NCBI GenBank assembly: GCA_002633005.1
Contig: NMRA01000365.1
Location: 397,503-451,817, forward strand
Direction of reading: 5' to 3'
Source of the DNA: Phoronis australis
Lineage: Eukaryota; Animalia; Phoronida
DNA: 54,315 nucleotides
The translations under genes and the position numbers were made by a program. Of this stretch, positions 45,614 through 54,315 are shown in pieces. Numbering within the stretch: position 1 is the stretch's first letter; every line of letters begins with the position of its first letter. The notes beneath the pieces were generated by a model. That model saw only the letters and a list, made by a program, of their open reading frames with translations. It searched no databases and was not told where the DNA came from.

Positions 45614-46635
45614 CTAGTAACACTATTGCGACATAAGACCCTGAAATTTTTACCTAGTGGATGTCTTCACAGACCAGACTGTGCTAACTATCTTTAAATA
45701 GTTGAATATTACAAAGTCTTCACGGTAGATAATCATAGTCTGGTAGAATGACATGACACACCATAGGCACGATCATAGCATAGGTGGTCGTATTAACTCT
45801 ACGTTTTGACTTGACTGGCTTACGTTTTTTGAAGAGATCAAACATTTTTTCTATGCCTGGGAGACACATATTTCTAAATAAAACCATGAGATCTTGTAGA
45901 AAATGCGATAGAGATTTGCCACTTTTAGAGCACCGATAATAATACCCTGTAAAATATTCATGATCATTTAAAAGTATGACCTCAGACATTAAGTAAAGAC
46001 CAATATCAGTATCGTACACCACTAACATTGACGACAGTCGGAACATCTATATGGGGAATGACTTAGGTATCTCTAACTAATAAAATGCTGTTACATTTTC
46101 TTGTACAAAAAGTAAAAGCAGCTTTGAAAACTACTCGACAATTTTCCAACAATTTCAAACAAATCAACAATAACACCAACACAATACATTAGAAGCAGTA
46201 AAAACTACATTATGCAATGACAAAAAATAAATGCACAAAACACACAGAGAGCACCAGAGGTGAATTATCACGGGGATGTTTCTACAGAGCAACACAAATG
46301 CACATTATAGTGAAACACTGTGATGTATTAGCTTGGATTATGTTGTCTTGGTATTAAAACACAACCGTGCAGTTTCATAGATGCAAGAGAATCCCACTAA
46401 GACAGCTAGTTTTATCACATTCTTGCGAGATTCTCACCTCTACAGAACACACGCCAAGAGTGACAGACAAGCTGACCAAAACCAATGTCTATTATCAAAA
46501 CAGCAAAATCAGTGTTCTCGTTAGGGATATTATACAGTGGGCCTCTGATTGGAAAACTTGCACGTGCAATCTCCCAGCGCATGTATGACGCACAAAAAAT
46601 GGCCACAAGATCTGATGCTCTATGGGTCAGTTAAC

Positions 46636-47104
46636 TCATTCAACACTAAGATGAAGATCCTGCCGCTGTTTGCGAGCAAGCTGGCGTAATTTCTTCAAAC
46701 TGCATCCCTGGCAAAATGCCCAATCATCTCTATATGTCAGCTCAAGCTTGCTGCCAATTTCAGCTGTCTTGTGTAAAACTATGATTTCGCCAGATTTTAA
46801 GGCTTGGCGGAACTGTTGGCAAGTCTCTCCCACTTTGATGGACACCCGCTGGTTTTTGCAGCACTTATTTGTGCAAGTCATGATGACCTGTTTCTTCTTC
46901 ACCATGTCTCTGACTGTTTTGATGGCCACAAAATTGAGAGAATTCCACTGATAAGCCGTGACATTGTCCACTCTGACCGGGCAGTTCAACAAGGCCCTAC
47001 CATAGTCACATATGTGGGTTTTGTTGTTGATGGCCTTCCACCCACAACACGTCATTCTGTCATTGTTTGTATCAAACTTTCTATAAATCTCACCTTCGCA
47101 GCAC
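46636..47104 (-). CDS. Galaxin-like gene terminal exon 7
   Basis: tatttttag|G; CCEGEIYRKFDTNNDRMTCCGWKAINNKTHICDYG followed by a basic C-terminal domain ending QDLHLSVE-stop. Confidence 0.87.
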
Positions 47105-50100
47105 CTAAAAATAGACCATTTGACATGCTAGATCACATTGTAAAACACCAAACCATTTAACATGCTAGATCATATTGTTAACAACTGGTGTAAAAGAGAG
47201 GTTCGTTTATCAACAACTTCTTAAGGTCATTTAAGTCCCTGACAAATACCACAAATTTGAATAATTTTGAACTAACCCTAATCCTATAAACTGTTCGATA
47301 AGCTGAATACTTTTTAATGCTCTATTTTTGCATACGAGGCCTTTCAAGAAAAAGAACTTCCATGATTTTCAAAACACAAATAAAAGTTGCATAAAACAAT
47401 ATGATAATTTGGAAAAGTGTAAGTGTTTTTGAGACTTCACCTTGAACATTTATACGAAATGAAATTTAGTCATGTCAGTAATGCCATCTATTGGCAAGAT
47501 ACAAAGGCATGTCCACAAGGCCCTACATAAGCTTAAGCCAAATTTGAAAACTGCCGCTTGAGACTATAAATATGGTTGAATCGACATAGCTATACAAAAA
47601 CTTAAAATGAACAAAAAAAACAGAATATTATTCCACAAATGTTGAATGAGAAAACACTAACTGCCATTTCACAGACCAAGCATTCCCAGAATATTTCAAG
47701 AATTGAGGAAAGCTGATGAAAATCTCCTGGGCCAGATAGGTTTTATCCTGGTAAATAATGTTCTCAAGCATAAAAACTGCGACAAAGAGTGTAGAAAATG
47801 TCAAATTTATATTTGAGTTTGGAGATAAAGACTTTTGCACCTGTTCATATCTGTAGTCTTCTTTTGGTGAACAAAGGTCAGACTAGTCTTCTGCAGCTAC
47901 AAAATCACAGACCTCTCAGGCCAAGAATCTAATAGTCAAGACTATCTCTGACAGTCTGGTTCCGACTCGAAACTCAACCAATCACGCTGCACAATCCAAG
48001 CACAAATTTGTAAGTCAACTCACAACGTGGCCCGCAATTTTTGAGGAGAGGTTCAGGTACAAAAATTAGACAACGAGACCTGATGTTATAATCGCCGGGA
48101 CTATCAGTCTGTGAGATTCTAAAAGTTAGCAGTTGAAAAGTCAATGTCAGCAGTATACAAAATACATGAAGCCTTTATTTAACTTACAGTTCGTCATCTG
48201 GATTGTAATTTTCATGGCCACATCTCCATTGATCAGTCTCAGTCTTAGAAACCACACGACCAAAGTCACAACTGCAATTTAAAAAGTAATCATTTATACT
48301 GGCGCAAGTAACATTGAGATAGTTGGGAGAACTTGTGAAGCCAAATCTATGTACATTATTAATTAAAGTATCCAACATTTGAAGTTTGAATATAATATTC
48401 AAACTACAATGGGATGCAAAAAAAACTTTCCTCTACTGCACTCGATGCAATTGACTTTTCACTTGAAGACTGCCCAGACACCTTTTTGCATTGAACCGCT
48501 TGCACTTGTTCTCAAATTGACACCTATCTGTGGCTCTGAACTGCATAGGTTAACTAGCGCAAGACAACCTCTCATTATGGTTAAAGACATGTTTGCCGTC
48601 TTTGTAAACCCCTGACAAAATGCTGATATTTAAAACCGCACACACAACCAACATTGCTTTTTTGGTTTGTGCTTTACAGATGGACCCCTTTCTTTTGTCT
48701 CATCAATACCGCGTGTTAGCATTCATAACTATACATCACACCACATGTTAGCATTCTTAATTATACATTACACCACGTGCTAGCATTCTTAATTATATAT
48801 CACACTACGTGTTAGCATTCTTAATTATATATCAAACCACGTGTTAGCATTCTTAATTATATAACATACTATGGAATGAATGAATTTCACTAACAACATC
48901 AACAGGATGTTTTGTTGCCAATAACTCATCATGTTCTGGTGCAACAAGTCTGTTTGTTAGATTTCAAAAAATAACAAACCGCCATTTCTTTCTCATCCAA
49001 GTAAGGAAAAGTTGAGATCATCGGTAAGCAGTCTCAATCAAAAGTTTATTGTTTCGACGGAATGCAAGTTTACTGCTTAAAGTTGCCCACCAACGGGGGT
49101 AACTAACCTTTGGGTGCTATTGACATAGCTTGTGATACCACAACAGAGGCGCCTCTCCTCTGATATATGATCATACCGCGGTTGTGGCTCATGATTGCAG
49201 CATTGCTGGTCCTCTTGCAAGAACATCTCACCACACAGTTCTGGACCATCTTTGAGAACCAGTTCCCTGCCATATTCACACCTCTGAAATTTCACAATTT
49301 AGTGTATTGTGATACGCAAGTTTTTCATTCAAATCTGCCAATATGTATCTGACGTTTCACAGTATGAACAATTTCAACTATAAGACCCTCCAGCACATGG
49401 AATAAAACCTTGTGATCACAGTTAAACATCTATGTTTATGATTGGTTGATTGCTCAGTTAAATATGCTGTCTATGTCTATGATTGGTTGGTTGCTCAGTT
49501 GATTATTTCCAGATCACAAGGCCTTATCCCATCAGCTGATAAGAAGTGCAAAAACGTTAAGGTGGTGCATAGCATATCTTGACAGATTACCAACAAAAAA
49601 GCTCTGAAATTGAACGCAGCAAAGTAAAATCACAACCACATCAGCAAGCAGTTGCGTGAGATTATAAAGGCCGAGTACAGACATTGCCCAAGGACATAGC
49701 ATTATCTGCCTAATGGAGCAAGTTTAAAACAGTTTAGCTGTAAAGCTTCCAACAAAAGCTAGGCATGCAATGCAGGCCATTCTCTAACTACAGCTAGGGC
49801 GCAATAGGCAATATGAAGTAATACAACTCTTGCCTGGCACAACTATTAAGTGCCTAGTTTGAAAAGAATTCCTTATCCGAAGAAAGAAAAAAAAGTGGAC
49901 CGTAAACCTTTGGGATTTAAGTAAGGAGTGGTTTGTGTCTTTTTGTTGACTCTGGGTATATCCTTGTTCCTGTTGATCCACCCAACCACATCACAGACTA
50001 CAGTATAAGTATTTATTTTTAAAATTTCCACATTTTCTATTCCTATGAGACAAAATTTTGGGAATAGACTTTTGTGAAACATTTTGTAGTACTTGTTTTC

Positions 50101-53100
50101 CTCCAAAATTCCTAAAAACATTCTAGTAATCTAGTAATCTCCTTTCCTTCAGGAGTAAATTTTGGTAAAAAATTGAGGCAATTGATTATAAAGAATTTTT
50201 TGCTTGATGACTGTTAAGTTGATATTGTCTTTCAACCTGTGCCTTTGGGAAAATATTCATGTTAATTAAGCTGACAAATTTTTGATTGTGCAATTCTGGA
50301 AAAATCATAGTGTGGTTTATTCCACAGCAGTTTCCTGATCACAAATCAACTTTGTTTAATATTCAGATAAGTGAAACTTGTTACTGGCCATTTCTTACAT
50401 GATGATAATAGATTCTAAAAATTGCAGAATTTCTAAAATCCTTTTATTAGCACCTTATCATTGAATGTTGTTGAATTTGTGATGTTACACTAAAACCATT
50501 TTTCACGTTTTCATCTCTAATTTACTTTCACTTCTCTGTTGCACAAGTTTTTACTTTTCATAACTTTTAGGATTTTCCTTGGATTCCCTTCTGTGAATAC
50601 AGAAACGTAAGTACTAGTGTCAAGACATGTTCCATTAACAAAACTCTTCAGACACTAAAAGAAATCTTGAATCAAACATTCAACGAAATGTTTTATATCA
50701 GAGGTCTGCATGTGGTATACACTAAACACCTTTAACATTACACTCGCCAAATGTTTTGGACACATGCTTCAAAAGGGTCACTGTTCATTTATGTTCTCAA
50801 TAATGTCAATGCAATTTTCCAGGCATCCAGTCAAAAAGAAATAATGAGACTGCAGTTGACCTGCTACTTACATAATGTTTGTAGTTGTCATAGGCTTGTG
50901 TTCCGCAGCACTTCATGTTTGCGCCTGGCTTGATCTTCACAGGAAGGTCAGAGCAACACAGGTAGTCGGTAGTTAAGACCACTTGATTATCACAACAGGA
51001 GTGAGTGCTGGTGTTGTAAGCTGTAGCTCCACAGCAGGACATGTCAACTGAGTCAGGGAGTTGGTACCCACTGGCACAGCACTGGTCAACATGTGATGAG
51101 TCACTTCGCTTACGAGCGACAGGTTCGGGCAACCGCTCTGGAAAATTACAATAACTGAAATCTACTTTGCACTCGTTTTCTGGGATAAAATCAAAAGACG
51201 TCGTAGACAACAGCCGAGGTGCAGTGCTAAAACTTTCATAGTAATCATAGTAACTGTAACTAAATTAAACTTGTATACAGCGCAGTTAGCATAAGACATG
51301 TGGAATGAAATGTTGTGAGCCCACGTAATAAACCTGGCACACTGTAAAGTGACTTACGATACACAAATTGTTTTAGAAAATGAAGGAAATCGAATATTTC
51401 ATTCAGGAATGGAACAGAAAGATGACCACACAAGAAAGGGAACTGTTGTTTTATATTTCTTTTGTTTCATTTTGTACATTTTAGTAAAAATTTCATCCAA
51501 GGCGCCTATAGCATAAACTCCGTGTAGGTCATACTTTGTTAACTGCATCAAATGATGTAAAAACGCAGCCTCAGTCTCAAGCGAATACTGTATTAGTTTG
51601 CCACCATCTTCCGCCCACAGAACACTAATAATGCTGTCCCACCACAGTAGATCTTTTTCACAATTGCTTAACACTGAGTGGGAATCCAATAAAAATTGGA
51701 GACACTTGTTAAAAGCTGAGTAAAAACGCTGTAGGTGGTGTCTAATCTGCTTACCTAGCTCATCAAAACAACAACTAAATTTGTTGCTGTCCATAAGCAC
51801 ATTGCCACAACAGGTCCATCTGTTAATGTCCACATGTTGATGAAGTGTTTGACCACAGCAAATGTCTGTGGTCTTGTCGAAGGTCTTGTCTACACAGCAT
51901 CCCTGGTTGCGTTTTAGAACACCACATCCCACTACAATGACAGATGAAGCCATTTATTCTCATCAAAAAATAATCTTGAAGAAAATTTTGAGAATCTGAT
52001 TTTAATTAGAATAATGAAGAATTTTCAATTTGCCAATTATTAATGAGATAAGGAGCCCCTGATACTCTTCCTTTGGGGTCAAATATCGGCCCATTCTACT
52101 ATGAAAATATTTAGAAAATATTTGAAATTTATGCAAAATTCACTTCATTAGGCCCAAAAATTCCCATCTATTGATTAAAATATTTCACTCAAGTTTAGAA
52201 TCACCCCTGCAAAACATTTTTGGCTACTACTTGAGGCATTGCTGACAGAGGTGAAGGGTGGAATTTCTCTCATCCAAAAAATTACCCACCTAGGACCTTT
52301 CCCTATGGTGAGTGATGGATCAGTTACCTTATAGCCTTCAACTGATTTGAACACACGTTCTGTATTAGTAACATCACAAAATACCATGAAATTTCCAGAA
52401 GTAAGAATTTTGCTCTAACAATTTAAGCTCAGTCAATATGATTTAGTTTTTCAGTAAAATTTGAATTCAACTTAGAGGCATACTGTGGTAAACACTGTGC
52501 CAAACTGATTTTGGTAACCAATGTTAATCTGTTTACGACTATGATTTAATATTGGTGTATGCTCACCTGTGCAGTGATAGTTCCTTGCATCGTCAACGCG
52601 AATCACATTTGGTCCACAAGGGATCTGAACTGTTGGGTCGAAGCAGAGAGACATCTCACGTTCAGAGATCACGTATTCCTTCAGCCCATCTTCACAAGCA
52701 CCAGCTAATGTACCAACAATGGTGAAAATTAAAACATTCAGAAAATCACAAAACATTGTAGGAAGTGAATGGTCAGCTGAATACAGTGAAATTGCTGTGT
52801 ACTCACTAATTGTAGCCTATTTACCTTTTTGTGATGGTATTTCCCAAGTTATTTTAAGAAGTGATTCAATAAATATGAGTGAGTCAAATGTGGGCTACTG
52901 AAAATTCCCTAGGCCGCACCTTCACTTCAGAAGTCAAAAATGGAAAGGACTCATGACATCATTAGCATGATTAGCCTTAGCTAAGAAAACATAACATTTC
53001 TGTTCACTTGTTGCAAGCCAATAACAATAAGCGTAGGTGGAAGTACAACCCCACTCCATAGGTATTTACGTCACGAACAAGACGACATTTCCCAAGACAT

Positions 53101-53383
53101 CAAGAGTCGGGGTTCCCTAAAGTTTCGAACGTGAAATAGCTTTCGAATCGATTGACGCCGACGGCGATGGTCGTGATTGCCAGCAACACGCAACACCTAA
53201 CCCCATATCGAAGTTCAGAATACCCGATACCTACTCAATGTGGATCAGCAGTTACTTTGCAACAATTTCCATCTTTTAACCACACACACCAAAACATACA
53301 CAGGTGATAACAGTAAGCAAGAGCCTACCAATGTTGTGGCTTTCTGGAGTCTGCTTTTCGAAACTGCGCGACAGAAGCGCCAT
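46636..53383 (-). CDS. Galaxin-like di-cysteine repeat protein, probably secreted, about 467 aa, 7 exons
   Basis: complement(join(46636..47104,48188..48271,49108..49283,50872..51137,51755..51931,52567..52704,53290..53383)). Introns are GT-AG with compatible phases 1,1,1,0,2,2, giving 1404 nt open. There are about 14 Cys-Cys pairs in CC-x(n)-Y/F-D/N-x(4)-CC repeats (e.g. CCGATAYNTSTHSCCDNQV), typical of galaxin/usherin-like Cys-rich repeats. The first exon is tentative. Confidence 0.8.
48188..48271 (-). CDS. Galaxin-like gene exon 6
   Basis: ttgcag|T; CDFGRVVSKTETDQWRCGHENYNPDDE; CT|gtaagt. Confidence 0.85.
48710..48862. repeat. 32-bp minisatellite in a galaxin-like gene intron
   Basis: About 5 copies of acgtgttagcattcttaattatatatcacacc. 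Confidence 0.92.
49108..49283 (-). CDS. Galaxin-like gene exon 5
   Basis: atttcag|AGG; RCEYGRELVLKDGPELCGEMFLQEDQQCCNHEPQPRYDHISEERRLCCGITSYVNSTQ; AG|gttagt. Confidence 0.87.
50872..51137 (-). CDS. Galaxin-like gene exon 4
   Basis: ttttccag|AG; RLPEPVARKRSDSSHVDQCCASG...KCCGTQAYDNYKHY; TAT|gtaagt. Confidence 0.88.
51755..51931 (-). CDS. Galaxin-like gene exon 3
   Basis: cattgtag|TG; GCGVLKRNQGCCVDKTFDKTTDICCGQTLHQHVDINRWTCCGNVLMDSNKFSCCFDEL; G|gtaagc. Confidence 0.88.
52567..52704 (-). CDS. Galaxin-like gene exon 2
   Basis: cattag|CT; GACEDGLKEYVISEREMSLCFDPTVQIPCGPNVIRVDDARNYHCT; G|gtgagc. Confidence 0.75.
53290..53383 (-). CDS. Galaxin-like gene, tentative exon 1 (signal-peptide-like)
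   Basis: gcgATGGCG start; MALLSRSFEKQTPESHNIGRLLLTVITCVCF; G|gtgtgt donor in phase 1, matching the next exon. Other phase-1 donors are possible. Confidence 0.5.
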
Positions 53384-53433
53384 CGCTTGGTATTGCTGTG
53401 CGTGAACTTGGAATCTTGTTTAATCTCAAGATC

Positions 53434-53442
53434 GCGCATGCG
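53434..53442. promoter_or_regulatory. NRF1-like palindromic site
   Basis: GCGCATGCG about 50 nt upstream of the tentative galaxin-like ATG, in a locally CpG-richer stretch. Confidence 0.35.
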
Positions 53443-54315
53443 TGAACATGGAATATACCAGGAAACTTGACAAGTTCAGTCAAATAATCACGTTCACGTC
53501 GATAAAAAACTTGCACTGCACTAAATCAAAAAATAACATAAATTTAACCAATCTTTTTTCAATTATTGGCGATTTTATTCATCAAACAATAATTAATTTA
53601 ACCTTGCACATATTCCTCTGATTCCTTTGACTCAAGATAAGGATAAGGAAAAGGGGAAATGGGTGATTATGAGGCCAGTAATTACAACTAAAAATTCTTA
53701 ACATTAAACAAAAAATTTCACTCGGTTGCCCAAATGAATGTTCAATTCCAAGTTCACGCTGTGCGTGAACAGCAATATCAGATTGACGTCATAGCGTACA
53801 TACATACATATGGTGTACACTGCACTGACGATGTTTCATTGTTCACTCTTTCGCAGTGCTATAAGAAAGGCCACTTTTCAGTATAGGTAACGCTGTGAGA
53901 GGGTAGATGTTTGTCTTCCCACTAGATGTTTTCCAAGAAAGCACTTCTGGATCAGTAGCAAAGACACTGAATCTAAAAATACAAGTGCCGGACGTACAAT
54001 GTGGGCGGTAGTCAACATATACCTTTTCCGGACGTATCGTGGACGTATGTGGGCGGTAGTCTAGTGTAGTTTCAACACCCCCATACTTTGTACAAGTTCT
54101 AAAAATAGGTTATGACATTCATTGTGATGAGGAAACACACAAACGTCTGTCTAATTCTGAACCACATGAACTTAGTCTTCGCCAAGTTTTTTGTATAATA
54201 TTTCCGCAGTCCTGGCCGTGTCACCACGACAGGGTCTGGGCCCGGTCTCCAATCTTTTTACTCGAAATGGAACTCGAAATTAGGTTTGGCATTTTCTACT
54301 CTACTTTTGGGCGAA

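Overview
This is AT-rich, repeat-dense animal genomic DNA with GT-AG introns. It is probably from a bilaterian marine invertebrate, which is inference only. Most ORFs in the supplied track are spurious. Two spliced genes can be rebuilt by hand with consistent intron phases, and they are convergent. (1) On the + strand, a 9-coding-exon gene (8965..42368; 1200 nt CDS, 399 aa) resembles mitochondrial transcription factor B2 (TFB2M) over its whole length. (2) On the - strand, a 7-exon gene (53383..46636; about 467 aa, first exon tentative) encodes a probably secreted di-cysteine-repeat protein of the galaxin-like type. A candidate promoter and first-exon region lies at about 6.9-7.3 kb. The introns and flanks hold layered transposon debris: a TA-flanked TIR element and a relative with different ends, a decayed L1/Tx1 LINE with a Penelope GIY-YIG fragment nested in it, a degenerate hammerhead-like motif, and a spliced SAP...YqaJ (lambda-exonuclease-like) transposon pseudogene inside TFB2M intron 3. 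There are also two Helitron/Helentron-like non-autonomous families (one rich in CTCF-consensus motifs), hAT- and Harbinger-type MITEs, tRNA-derived SINE heads and many minisatellites. I see no CRISPR array or prokaryotic system, and I cannot claim a demonstrably new biological system. The best leads are the CTCF-motif-bearing repeat family, the galaxin-like gene, the sense-oriented YqaJ pseudo-exons and the hammerhead candidate. All protein family calls are from motif recognition by eye, not database searches.
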